DNA of 64,000 nt, from NCBI GenBank assembly GCA_043814965.1, contig JBDRJN010000003.1, forward strand, positions 68,564-132,563. Reading direction: 5' to 3'. This document shows positions 51,890 through 61,264 of the stretch, one piece after another. Below the pieces are notes generated by a model, which searched no databases, was not told the origin of the DNA, and worked only from the letters and a program-made list of their open reading frames with translations. Every line of letters begins with the position of its first letter. The stretch's first letter is position 1. The position numbers and the translations under genes were made by a program. Source of the stretch: Candidatus Omnitrophota bacterium. GTDB lineage: Bacteria; Omnitrophota; Gorgyraeia; Gorgyraeales; Gorgyraeaceae.

Positions 51890-52585
51890 CTAGTTGGTAG
51901 GTTCAAATGATATGATAACATTGAAAGTTATCTGGTACTGGCTCATGCCTTCTGGGAATGGCGGGAAAGGACTTGCATCTCTTATGCTATTTAAAGCTAT
52001 CTCTCTAAGATAACTATTATCTGTGGAACTCTCATCCACTATATTGACTTGAATAAGCTCGCCTCTTGAAGTTACTGTAAAAGAAAGGAAGACCTCGCCT
52101 TTAGCTAGGTCCTTTTTTGAATAATAATTGTTATTTGCGTAAGTCCTTATCTTCTCTCTGACAGAACGATAATAGCTTACATAGGTAGCCTTCTTTGCTT
52201 CATCTTTCTCTTCTTGCATCATTTTCTCAAAGTTTACACCTTCAATAAAAGATGCTGTATCTATATGCCTTACCTTTGGTTTTATAAAATCTTTTTCTTT
52301 CTTTTCTGGTTTTGGGGGTTTAAGGATGTCTTCTTTTTTTATATCAGGAAGTTTTTCCGCAATAGGCTGGGGCTTGATACCTTTGATAGCTGTCCTTTTT
52401 TGTATAGGCTTTATGCCTACTAATTTTTTATCCGGGGGGTGTTTTATCTCTACGTAGGCCGTCTCCATATCTTTTGTATCTTTCTTTGTAATAAAGAAAT
52501 CAGCCCATGGAAGCGCGATAAAAAAGATAGAGTGTATCAGGGTTGAGAAAAGAAAGGCTATTTTAAAAGTCTTGTTCTCTGGCAT
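51890..52585 (-). CDS. TonB/TolA-family energy transducer
   Basis: TM helix with SxxxH (STLIH), Pro/Lys-rich linker, C-terminal FTVTSRGEL..SS..ALNSIRDASPFPPFP. Confidence 0.8.
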   Translation of the reverse strand: MPENKTFKIAFLFSTLIHSIFFIALPWADFFITKKDTKDMETAYVEIKHPPDKKLVGIKPIQKRTAIKGIKPQPIAEKLPDIKKEDILKPPKPEKKEKDFIKPKVRHIDTASFIEGVNFEKMMQEEKDEAKKATYVSYYRSVREKIRTYANNNYYSKKDLAKGEVFLSFTVTSRGELIQVNIVDESSTDNSYLREIALNSIRDASPFPPFPEGMSQYQITFNVIISFEPTN

Positions 52586-52593
52586 TTGTACCT

Positions 52594-52622
52594 ATGATAA
52601 CAATTAAAAAATAAAATGTCAA
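52594..52622 (-). promoter_or_regulatory. Putative sigma70 promoter abutting the tonB start
   Basis: TTGACA-N17-TATCAT with extended TG; the ATG is 8 nt downstream of the -10. Confidence 0.6.
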
Positions 52623-52666
52623 ATACCGGGGTGTGTATTTATGATCTACGCCGGGACTGGCCAATA

Positions 52667-54532
52667 TTAAAACTTCATCCTTATGCCGCCATAGTATGCC
52701 CTGCCTGGGACAGGATAATTTTTCTGTTCTTCATAAGCCCTATCTGTGATATTTTTTATTTCAAACATCAACTGAGTATTTTCTCTTAACTTATAGTCAA
52801 GACTGATATTGCCTACAGCATAATGAGAAAGTAATGCCGTATTATCTGCGTTGACGTATCTTTTTGTCTTATAAAGAAGGCTTAGGCCTATCTCTAATTT
52901 GGAAACAGGTGAATATATAAAATTCAACTTATAGAGATGCCTAGGCCTATATATAAGCCATTTTTTTGTATTTCTATCTTCTGCTTCAAGATATGTATAA
53001 TTAAAATTTGTTTTTAACCAATGCGCTAGCGCGATTTCAGTTTCAAACTCAACGCCTTTGATCGAAGCTGAATTCAAGTTTTCAGGCCTCCACCACCACG
53101 AATTATCAACTGTCCACTCTATCATGTCCCTTATATTGGTCCTAAAAAAAGTAGCGTCCATTTTCAATTTATTAAAGAGGTAGCCGCTGCATCCAAATTC
53201 CAAAGATTCTGCTTTTTCCGGGCCCAGCATGGTATTGCCTTCTACGCCTCCCCATACACCCCAATCTTCACGCGGCCAATATAGGTCGTTAAACGTCGGG
53301 GCCCTGAATGACTTGGCAGCTAATGCATGGGCCTTTATTGCATTAAACAGCCAAAAGTTAAAGCTTACGCTAGGTGAGTTTCTATCTCCGAAATTCGAAT
53401 AATCATCCCATCTATTTCCGAATTTTAGGGTCCCCATATCAAATACATCTATCTCTGATTCAAAATAAAACCCCTTAAGATCATAAGCTCTCTTGCTGCT
53501 AATAGAGCTATTTAGCCTGTTTTCCCGAAAGCTAAAACCAAACGCTGTCCTATAGTCTTCTAAGAATTTCTGGGAGATCTGAAAATCAGCCCCGTATACC
53601 TTTGTATGATTTGTGTCTCTACTAACAGGCTCAAAGGTTTCTGTAAACTCCAGCCTATCGGAATTACAAAAAGTCTTAACTAGCAGGTCCTGCCCTTCAA
53701 ATAATTTACCTTTATACGTGACATCCAGGTAGTTAGAGAATGTTTCCTGTTTGTCATCCAGGTCCTCTGAGGTCACAGCACCGATATTTCCCACTTCAGA
53801 ATTATAATAACCGCTGGAAACGCTTATGCGGCTTTCATCATCAAATTGATATCCAAAATTAGAGTTTGCATTGTTGCTTAAACAATCGCTGTTGTCCCTG
53901 TGTCCATGCGATGCTAAATAATCATAGGATAGAAAATAATCGAAGTCCTTTATCTTATCCCCATAACTTAAAGAATTAAACTTTGTATTAAAAGATCCGA
54001 ACTTGCTTACTACCTCTGCCTTTTCCCCTTTATTTCCTTTTTTGGTTATTATATTTATAACTCCTCCTATTGCATTAGCTCCATAGATACTGCTTGCGGG
54101 GCCGCGCAGGACCTCTACTCTTTCAATATTTGAAAGAGAGATCCTATTAAAATCAGTAACTCCATCTCGAGGCGTATTAACAGGCCTTCCATCCAGAAGA
54201 GTTAAAACCTGGCTAGACGAAGCGCCTCTTGTATGAACGGATTTTGATGACCCATTGGACCCATACTCTAAGATATCAACAGATGGTAATAGCTCCAATA
54301 CTTCCGTGATCTCAGTAATAGAATTCGCTTTTATGTCTTCTTCTGAAACAATACTCACGTTTTGCGTGGAATATCTGTACCCCCTTTCCACCCTGGATGG
54401 CGTAACCACGATCTTCTCAAGGTCAATACTGTAGCTGTTTTCTTTCAGTTTATCGTCCTGTGCGAATACTATACTGGCTGAAGCTAACGCAAGCAGATAA
54501 AAAATAAACACCAAGTACTTCAACTTATCCAT
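52667..54532 (-). CDS. btuB: TonB-dependent receptor, BtuB-like (cobalamin)
   Basis: TonB box EKIVVTP, plug motif IERVEVLRGPASSIYGANAIGGVINIITK, terminal Phe; riboswitch upstream. Start moved to ATG 54532. Confidence 0.9.
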   Translation of the reverse strand: MDKLKYLVFIFYLLALASASIVFAQDDKLKENSYSIDLEKIVVTPSRVERGYRYSTQNVSIVSEEDIKANSITEITEVLELLPSVDILEYGSNGSSKSVHTRGASSSQVLTLLDGRPVNTPRDGVTDFNRISLSNIERVEVLRGPASSIYGANAIGGVINIITKKGNKGEKAEVVSKFGSFNTKFNSLSYGDKIKDFDYFLSYDYLASHGHRDNSDCLSNNANSNFGYQFDDESRISVSSGYYNSEVGNIGAVTSEDLDDKQETFSNYLDVTYKGKLFEGQDLLVKTFCNSDRLEFTETFEPVSRDTNHTKVYGADFQISQKFLEDYRTAFGFSFRENRLNSSISSKRAYDLKGFYFESEIDVFDMGTLKFGNRWDDYSNFGDRNSPSVSFNFWLFNAIKAHALAAKSFRAPTFNDLYWPREDWGVWGGVEGNTMLGPEKAESLEFGCSGYLFNKLKMDATFFRTNIRDMIEWTVDNSWWWRPENLNSASIKGVEFETEIALAHWLKTNFNYTYLEAEDRNTKKWLIYRPRHLYKLNFIYSPVSKLEIGLSLLYKTKRYVNADNTALLSHYAVGNISLDYKLRENTQLMFEIKNITDRAYEEQKNYPVPGRAYYGGIRMKF

Positions 54533-54539
54533 ATTCCTT

Positions 54540-54721
54540 TCCTTTCCCCTCTCGCGAAGGTAGTTCCCACGATAAACAATAGACCGGGCTAATCTAACAA
54601 GCATCAGATATTACCGTTGCGCGGCAGCCATCCGCCCTAAGCAGATGGTCCCGAACAGCCATGGTCTTGCGTATAGCTGCGAGGGACACCTGGGATCGAA
54701 CCAGGATTTCCTTTGTTTATC
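54540..54721 (-). ncRNA. Cobalamin riboswitch (compact class-II-like) with a ~60-nt insertion
   Basis: Minus strand: gauaaacaa/uuguuuauc stem, AGGAAA, T-loop hairpin ccugguucgaucccagg, gcugccgcgcaacgguaa, agcccgg, and a downstream cuucgcgag hairpin next to the btuB SD. Confidence 0.75.
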
Positions 54722-54746
54722 CGGCTAAAATTTTTGTTATTAAATA

Positions 54747-55421
54747 CTATTTGTATTTCTTTATATCCAAAAACCAGTATTTCCAAAAACCTTCCTTAAG
54801 AATTGGCTCGCTTTCTAATATCTCAATGTTTCTTTTAAAGATCGGGCCGTCAATTACTATAGTATGGAATTCTCCGTTTTCACCGCAGGGACAAATATTT
54901 TTTGACTTAAGTTCTTTTAGCAGATCCCTATCAACCAGCCTGCCCACAAAATCTTTTCCAAACTTATCCGCCTGGCAGCTCACAACAATAGCTTTAAAAC
55001 CTGTTTCTATAAACTCTTCAATGATATCTGAGGCAGAGACATTCCAAAGCGGTTCCATAGGAGTAACATCTGCATCATTACATACGCGCTCAACCCAATC
55101 TTTATGCTCATCCAAATAAATATCTCCAAAAACCATTTTCTTAAGGCCTTTTTCTCTTAGCTCAGATACAGCTTCTTTGAATTCCCTTTCGTATTCTTTC
55201 ATATCATCAGTTACTTCTTTTTGGATCAAAGGTATACCTACAAGCTCTGCCTGAAGCCTTAAGAGGTCTTTTTCTATTCCGTGAAAACAGCCCCTTTTGT
55301 GCTTTCTGGATATAAAATTCAAGAAATATTTTACATCATATCCCTGTTTCATTGCTTTATAACATGCGAAACAACTATCTTTTCCTCCGCTCCACGAAGA
55401 AATAATACCTAGTTCATCCAT
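54747..55421 (-). CDS. DUF71 / diphthine-ammonia-ligase-like PP-loop ATPase
   Basis: SWSGGKDS, FGDI, EPLW, PCGENGEFHT. Confidence 0.9.
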   Translation of the reverse strand: MDELGIISSWSGGKDSCFACYKAMKQGYDVKYFLNFISRKHKRGCFHGIEKDLLRLQAELVGIPLIQKEVTDDMKEYEREFKEAVSELREKGLKKMVFGDIYLDEHKDWVERVCNDADVTPMEPLWNVSASDIIEEFIETGFKAIVVSCQADKFGKDFVGRLVDRDLLKELKSKNICPCGENGEFHTIVIDGPIFKRNIEILESEPILKEGFWKYWFLDIKKYK

Positions 55422-56164
55422 AAACCAAACCTTTCCAGTAAGAATATACCAAGCAATACAATCACTTCTACAAGCTCATTTGTTGCGCCAAGAGTATCAC
55501 CTGTTATACCGCTTATTTTGCTTTTTATATGTTTTCCTATTATATATACGGATATAATCGCTGCTCCCATGAGCATTAGGCTTTGTATTTTCCAAACTAT
55601 AGCCATACAGCCAATAGCAGCTATAGTAGAAAAAATAAATATCTTTGGATCAACTCCTTTGATAAAGCTCTTTGCTTTACCTTCTTCCCTGGCATAAGGA
55701 AACAAAACCATAGACAATACAAGCGACCACCTGCTCAATACACACATAAAAATAAGTGAATTAGATTTTGATGTTATACTTATAGACGAAAGAAAAGCCA
55801 CCTTTAAGCTTATAATACCTATTAAGCTCAAAACACCCATTACTCCTATATGAGAATCACGCATGATATTAAGCATATCTTCTTTGTTTTTCCTGCTTAA
55901 TAACGCATCCATTGTATCCGCCAGGCCATCTAGATGAATACCTCCAGTAAGAACAATGAGAAAAATTATTAAGATCATATTTATAACAATCTGTTCAAAA
56001 CCAAGAAAATACAAAAACTTATCAGTCCCGGTCAATATAAGGCCCAACATCAATCCAACCAAAGGAAAATACACCATAGATCGAGGTATTTTTTTCTCAT
56101 CCAATTGTTTTATCTTAATAGGGACTATAGTTAAAAATTGTAAAGCTGTTAAAAAACCTTTCAT
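55409..56164 (-). CDS. cobS: Cobalamin synthase
   Basis: ALQFLTIVP, TGGIHLDGLADT, IMRDSHIG, GITGDTLGA. Confidence 0.95.
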   Translation of the reverse strand: MKGFLTALQFLTIVPIKIKQLDEKKIPRSMVYFPLVGLMLGLILTGTDKFLYFLGFEQIVINMILIIFLIVLTGGIHLDGLADTMDALLSRKNKEDMLNIMRDSHIGVMGVLSLIGIISLKVAFLSSISITSKSNSLIFMCVLSRWSLVLSMVLFPYAREEGKAKSFIKGVDPKIFIFSTIAAIGCMAIVWKIQSLMLMGAAIISVYIIGKHIKSKISGITGDTLGATNELVEVIVLLGIFLLERFGLWMN

Positions 56165-57222
56165 GATTTATCTCTCTCAGCCACACCTGCGCTTTTAAAA
56201 GTAGCCATCTCAGTCATTACCTTAATACCTGCATCTACTATACCTATAGCCAAAGCTGCGCCAGTTCCCTCGCCAAGCCTTAGATCCAGATCTAATACAG
56301 CGTTAAGTCCTAAATGAGCCAGGATTATTACATGGCCTTTTTCTACTGAAGAATGTCCTGCTATCATATAGTCTCTAATTTTTGGTTCAAGATGATAAGC
56401 TATTAAAGCAGCTGCGCCGGATATAAACCCGTCTATTACTATAGGCACTCTTCTGGAAGCTGCCCCTAAAATCACGCCGCTCAATCCGCCTATCTCAAAT
56501 CCGCCTACTTTTGAAAGCACATCTATCGCGTCTTTAGGGTCAGGTTTATTTACATCAATAGCTTTTTTTATAATATTTATCTTATTTTTCAGGCTGTTAT
56601 CATTAATGCCTGTTCCTCTTCCTGTAACATCTTCTACGTTTTTTCCAGTAAGTACTGCTGTTATAGCGCTGGAAGGCGTAGTATTGCCAATACCCATGTC
56701 TCCTGTTCCTATAATATCAATTCCTTTTTTGAATTCCTGTTCAAAGATATCTATACCTGCTTCGATCGCGCTTATAGCTTCTTGCCTTGTCATGGCTGGT
56801 TCTTTCGCCATGTTCTTTGTGCCATAATTTACTTTTTTAATAATAAGATCCTGCTGAGGTTTTAAGTCACTGGCAACCCCCAGATCAGCAACCGCCACTT
56901 TCGCGCCAACATGTTTTGCCAATACATTTATTCCCGCGCCGCCCCTTAAAAAATTATAGACCATTTGCGGCGTGACCTCTTTTGGAAAAGCGCTTACTCC
57001 TTCTTCTGTCACCCCATGATCCCCGGCAAATGTAAAAATAACTTTGTTCTTAAGTGAAGGCGCCTCTTTTCCGGATATACCGACAACCAGCCTTGCCAGT
57101 TCTTCCAATCGGCCAAGGCTTCCCTGCGGCTTTGTAAGATTGTCCAGCCTTTCCTGTGCCTTATCCATAAGAGCGGTGTCCAAGCCTTTAATATTAGAAA
57201 TAGTTTCTTGTATTTTTTTCAC
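56161..57222 (-). CDS. cobT: Nicotinate-nucleotide--dimethylbenzimidazole phosphoribosyltransferase
   Basis: LTKPQGSLGRLE, DHGV, MGIGNTT, RLGEGTGA. Confidence 0.97.
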   Translation of the reverse strand: MKKIQETISNIKGLDTALMDKAQERLDNLTKPQGSLGRLEELARLVVGISGKEAPSLKNKVIFTFAGDHGVTEEGVSAFPKEVTPQMVYNFLRGGAGINVLAKHVGAKVAVADLGVASDLKPQQDLIIKKVNYGTKNMAKEPAMTRQEAISAIEAGIDIFEQEFKKGIDIIGTGDMGIGNTTPSSAITAVLTGKNVEDVTGRGTGINDNSLKNKINIIKKAIDVNKPDPKDAIDVLSKVGGFEIGGLSGVILGAASRRVPIVIDGFISGAAALIAYHLEPKIRDYMIAGHSSVEKGHVIILAHLGLNAVLDLDLRLGEGTGAALAIGIVDAGIKVMTEMATFKSAGVAERDKS

Positions 57223-57224
57223 TT

Positions 57225-57749
57225 TTATTCTCCTTTAATTTTTATCGGTAAACCTGAGGCCATAAAAAATACTTCATTGGCTTCTTTTGCTACTATCTGA
57301 TTCATTCTGCCAGCAATATCCCTAAAATCTCTTCCTAACCTGCTTTCAGGCACAATACCTAAGCCTACTTCATTTGACACTATGATCGATCGAGATCTGT
57401 TTTTGTTTAAAGCAGCCAGTATTCCGGAAATTTCTTTCTCTATGTCTTTTTGACTTTTTCCGTCCAGCATAAGATTGGATATTAAAAGAGTCAAACAATC
57501 TATTATGACAACATCATACTTAAGATTTATTCTTTTTAATAAGCTCGCTATGTTTTTTGGTTCTTCAAAAGTCTTCCAGGATTTAGGCCTTTGTTTTTTA
57601 TGCAGCCTTATACGCTCTTTCATCTCTTTGTCCAAAGCCTGGCAAGTAGCGACAAAAGCGGCTTTCTTGGTTTTTTCTTTGGCCATCTTTAGAGCAAATC
57701 CACTTTTACCGCTTCTCGCGCCGCCTAAAATAAATGTGATCTTATTCAT
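57225..57749 (-). CDS. cobU: Adenosylcobinamide kinase / guanylyltransferase
   Basis: GGARSGKS, RIRLHK, IDCLTL, NEVGLG. Confidence 0.96.
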   Translation of the reverse strand: MNKITFILGGARSGKSGFALKMAKEKTKKAAFVATCQALDKEMKERIRLHKKQRPKSWKTFEEPKNIASLLKRINLKYDVVIIDCLTLLISNLMLDGKSQKDIEKEISGILAALNKNRSRSIIVSNEVGLGIVPESRLGRDFRDIAGRMNQIVAKEANEVFFMASGLPIKIKGE

Positions 57750-58344
57750 TTAAATGTCCTTTATCATTAAATAACAATACTTCTCCTTTATTATCTTTAT
57801 ATTCAACTATAGTAATACTAGCTAGATGCGGGAGCTTTATTGACCAAATACTTTTTTCATGCAGCAGATCTTTTAGGATCATCCTTATAACCCCGCCGTG
57901 CGTAACTATTCCAACTGTATTATCTCTATTTAAAGATATAATCTCTACCAGGGTTTCTTTTATCCTCTCTTCAAAATCCCCAAGATTATCTCCTTTAGGA
58001 ATAGTGGTTTGAAATGGGTCATTAAGCCAGGCTGAATAAATATCAGGGTGCTTCTTTATGATATCTTCATGCTTTAAGCCCTCAAAAATACCGAAATTTA
58101 TCTCTCTGAGATTAGATAATTTTTCTATACTAATATCTTTAAACGCTATCTTTGCAAAGTTCAAAGCGCGCTTGGAAGCACTAGAGTAAACTTTTTGTAT
58201 TCTTTCTTCTTTCAGCCTGTGAGAAACCCTATCTGCCTGCACCCTTCCTGAATCATTAAGATCTATATCACTAATACCGCAATATCTTCTATCTACGCTC
58301 CATTCGGTCTGTCCATGTCTAATCAAGATCAATCTTGTTGACAT
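57742..58344 (-). CDS. cobC: Histidine phosphatase, alpha-ribazole phosphatase-like
   Basis: RHGQT, EINFG, THGG; located in the cob cluster. Confidence 0.85.
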   Translation of the reverse strand: MSTRLILIRHGQTEWSVDRRYCGISDIDLNDSGRVQADRVSHRLKEERIQKVYSSASKRALNFAKIAFKDISIEKLSNLREINFGIFEGLKHEDIIKKHPDIYSAWLNDPFQTTIPKGDNLGDFEERIKETLVEIISLNRDNTVGIVTHGGVIRMILKDLLHEKSIWSIKLPHLASITIVEYKDNKGEVLLFNDKGHLNE

Positions 58345-59132
58345 TTATTCTCTCCTGAGGCTAGTATCACATAAGGCTTGAAAGAAATAGGGTTTTTTTT
58401 CACCACTACTACGGTATTATACACTGACTCTATATTCTGATAGGTCAATACCTCATTAGGGGGCCCGTCCTTAAAAACAGCCCCATTATTTAATAACACT
58501 ATCCGATTGCAATATTCACTTGCCATGTTCAAATCATGCATTACCACTATTATAGTAAGTAGTTTTTCCTTGTTCATCGCCTTCAATAAATCAAGTATCT
58601 GTACCTGATGCCCTATATCAAGGTGAGCAGTAGGTTCGTCCAATAAGAGCAATATAGGCTCCTGCGCAAGGGCCTTTGCTATTATGACCCGCTGACGTTC
58701 ACCAGCGCTAAGCTCGTTTATTTCCTTATCTTTTACGCACAATGTATCTGTCATGCCCAAAGCATTGTGCGCTATTGAAAGATCCTTCTTCGTCTCAAAT
58801 TGCATCCGCCCCAGATGCGGGATCCTCCCCATAAGCACGATCTCTTCTACGCTGAATGAAAAATTTATAAGTGTGTCCTGTGGTACAAAAGCTGTTCTTC
58901 TGCAAAATTCTTTCAGGCCCATGGCCTTTATGTCTTTTTCTTCGAGAGTGACTGTGCCTGACGCTGGAGACAATGTGCGGCTCATCAATTTTAAGAGAGT
59001 TGATTTCCCTGACCCGTTTGGCCCGATAATACCGAGAAATTCCCCTTTTTTTATCTCAAAAGAGATATCCTTTATTACTAATGTCTTATCATAGCCTCCT
59101 GAAAGATTGCTTACTTTAATGAGATTGTCCAT
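58329..59132 (-). CDS. btuD: Cobalamin ABC transporter ATPase
   Basis: GPNGSGKS, LSAGERQR, LLDEPT. Confidence 0.88.
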   Translation of the reverse strand: MDNLIKVSNLSGGYDKTLVIKDISFEIKKGEFLGIIGPNGSGKSTLLKLMSRTLSPASGTVTLEEKDIKAMGLKEFCRRTAFVPQDTLINFSFSVEEIVLMGRIPHLGRMQFETKKDLSIAHNALGMTDTLCVKDKEINELSAGERQRVIIAKALAQEPILLLLDEPTAHLDIGHQVQILDLLKAMNKEKLLTIIVVMHDLNMASEYCNRIVLLNNGAVFKDGPPNEVLTYQNIESVYNTVVVVKKNPISFKPYVILASGENKCQQD

Positions 59133-59136
59133 ATAT

Positions 59137-60099
59137 CTACCTGACCCTTTGTTTTCTTTTTAGTAAAAACATGAATATCGGAGCGCCTACAAGGGCTGTA
59201 ATGACTCCTATAGGTATTTCCAGAGGCGGCATTATAGTGCGGGAAAGCATATCGCATAATATCATGAATATCGCTGCTGCCAGGCACGTAGATGGTATAA
59301 GGACCTTGTGGTTGGGTCCGACCAGAAGCCTCATCATGTGAGGGACAATAAGTCCCACAAACCCGATTATTCCGCATATGGATACAAGGCCGGCGGTTAT
59401 CAGAGCTGTAATAAAAAATAATGTCTTTTTAATAACCTCTGTGTTTATGCCCAGATGGACTGCTTCTTCCTCTCCTATACTTATAGCGTTCAGATCCTGT
59501 GCTAAAATAAATATAGCCGAGACGCCAAGCACAACTATAAAACCAACTATAAAAAGAAGCCTAATATCATAGACCTGCAAGTTACCCCACAGCCACCACA
59601 TCATGCCATGTAAGGCTTCGTTGCTGGATACAGAGATCAAAAATACAATTATCGCGGAAAGCGCTATTGACACTATAACGCCCGATAAAATAAGGGACTG
59701 CACCCCTACTTTATTCCCCTGCCTGGCCATATTATAAACTAATATTATAGTAAGGATCGCTCCTAAAAACGCTAAAATAGGCAGATATGCAGCTGATATA
59801 CCTATAATAATAGCGATAACAGCCCCCAATCCTGCGCCGCTAGAGGTTCCTAGTATGTATGGTTCTGCAAGCGGATTCCTTAAAACAGCTTGCAGCGCCA
59901 CACCTGAAACTGCCAGGCCTGAACCAGCCAAACTAGCCATTAATATGCGGGCTAGCCTCAAATACAGTATAGGCAGGTTTTCTTGAAGAAATAATTCAGA
60001 TAGGCTAAGCCTAACCGAACCCTTTGTAAGCGCCAACAATATAGAGCCTATCAATATCAAAAATAAAGCCGCTATTTTTCTTTTTGCAGATTTTGTCAT
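59137..60099 (-). CDS. btuC: Cobalamin ABC transporter permease
   Basis: LRNPLAEPYILG, GEEEAVHLG, IGFVGLIVPH. Confidence 0.9.
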   Translation of the reverse strand: MTKSAKRKIAALFLILIGSILLALTKGSVRLSLSELFLQENLPILYLRLARILMASLAGSGLAVSGVALQAVLRNPLAEPYILGTSSGAGLGAVIAIIIGISAAYLPILAFLGAILTIILVYNMARQGNKVGVQSLILSGVIVSIALSAIIVFLISVSSNEALHGMMWWLWGNLQVYDIRLLFIVGFIVVLGVSAIFILAQDLNAISIGEEEAVHLGINTEVIKKTLFFITALITAGLVSICGIIGFVGLIVPHMMRLLVGPNHKVLIPSTCLAAAIFMILCDMLSRTIMPPLEIPIGVITALVGAPIFMFLLKRKQRVR

Positions 60100-60941
60100 G
60101 GATATAACCTCTCATAGAGTTCACTGATGGATACGCCCAGGCGAGGGCTAGGCCTTAACAATATATCGGGATTGATGTCATTATATATCCGGCTATTTTT
60201 AACCGCGGCTATTCCCTCCCAGCCCAAACGCCTTCCTACCATCTTTGCTGCATCTTTATTTACCATGTAAGCCAGGATAATGCAATCCGGGTCGCGCTTT
60301 ATTACTTCTTCGGGACTGAAATAGCTATACGGCCTGTTGACATCACTGCTGATATTGACCCCCCCGGCCAATGCAATCAACTCGTCTATAAAAGATCCTT
60401 TGCCTGCGGTCATCAAAGGATCTTTCCAGAACTCAATAAAAACTTTTACCTTGTCCTTTTCAGGGATCAATATTGTCTTTGACGTTACAGTTTCTATGTC
60501 TTTTTTCATCCTATCGATTAATTCGGCTGCTGCTTTGCTACGGCCGACAATAGCAGCCATCTCCATGATAGAATCAAACATCTCTTCTATGCTGGACGGA
60601 TCACTAACATATACATTTAAACCCAATTGCCTTAATTTCCCTATCACAGGCGCCTGCTCCAAACCCGTGCAAAACACAATATCAGGCTGTAGAGACAATA
60701 TCTTTTCTGTGTTCGGCTGGCTAAATGTCCCTACCTTTTCCTTCTCCTGAGCCCTGGAAGGGTAATTACAAAAAGTGCTTACACCCACTATCTCCTCATC
60801 CAGGCCCAACGCAAACAATATCTCTGTGGTTGAAGGCGCGATAGAAACTATTTTTTGTTTATCGGCCTTGATAGGGTCTGCATCCAGCCATGCAGAACAA
60901 AAAAACAGTAAAATAAATATCAAAACACTTCTTTTTATCAT
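60096..60941 (-). CDS. btuF: Cobalamin-binding periplasmic protein
   Basis: IVSIAPSTTEILFALG, RPSPR; B12 riboswitch upstream. Confidence 0.9.
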   Translation of the reverse strand: MIKRSVLIFILLFFCSAWLDADPIKADKQKIVSIAPSTTEILFALGLDEEIVGVSTFCNYPSRAQEKEKVGTFSQPNTEKILSLQPDIVFCTGLEQAPVIGKLRQLGLNVYVSDPSSIEEMFDSIMEMAAIVGRSKAAAELIDRMKKDIETVTSKTILIPEKDKVKVFIEFWKDPLMTAGKGSFIDELIALAGGVNISSDVNRPYSYFSPEEVIKRDPDCIILAYMVNKDAAKMVGRRLGWEGIAAVKNSRIYNDINPDILLRPSPRLGVSISELYERLYP

Positions 60942-60943
60942 AT

Positions 60944-60979
60944 AAAAATAAAAAACCCCGACTCCATAAAGTCGGGGTT
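60944..60979 (-). terminator. Riboswitch-controlled intrinsic terminator upstream of btuF
   Basis: aaccccgact/agtcggggtt stem plus UUUUUUAUUUU, between the aptamer and the ATG. Confidence 0.8.
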
Positions 60980-61007
60980 AATCCCTCGGTTCTTAACCCT
61001 TGATCCC

Positions 61008-61195
61008 TCTTCGCCCTCCGCGAATAAATAAAGAAATTACATTGTAAGGTTTTCTGACTTAAGGATCAAACTACTGGTTGCGCCTTCTCACTCCACTTAC
61101 GGCAAGTAATGGCTTATTGCAACTTTCGTCCCCTATTACAGCAGCGGGGCTGCGTTGGATTTTCACCAACTTCCCTTAAACAACATAATAAAACA
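61008..61195 (-). ncRNA. Cobalamin (AdoCbl, class I) riboswitch
   Basis: Minus strand: aaGGGAAguugGUGAAAAUccaacGCAGCCCCGCUGCUGUAA..GCCAUU..GAGAAGGC..AAGUCAGAAAACCU, then the P13 hairpin uucgcggagggcgaa. Confidence 0.93.
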
Positions 61196-61264
61196 TTCTA
61201 TTAATCTAATTTATACAATAAATTAATGAACGTGTCAATAAAAATCAAATACAATTTCAAAAGT

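Noticed and set aside
52625-52655. Weak hairpin after btuB (ccggggtg..tacgccgg)
   Set aside because: Imperfect stem with no clear U-tract or second copy; not enough support.
54533-54604. N-terminal extensions in the ORF track (btuB; likewise cobO, HU, pdxA, HD-GYP and the last GT2)
   Set aside because: They run through riboswitch or hairpin sequence or the upstream gene; downstream ATGs fit SD position, overlaps and family N-termini better.
54689-54705. tRNA-like T-arm (GGTTCGATCCC on the minus strand)
   Set aside because: No cloverleaf or acceptor stem; it fits the P4 T-loop of a cobalamin riboswitch.
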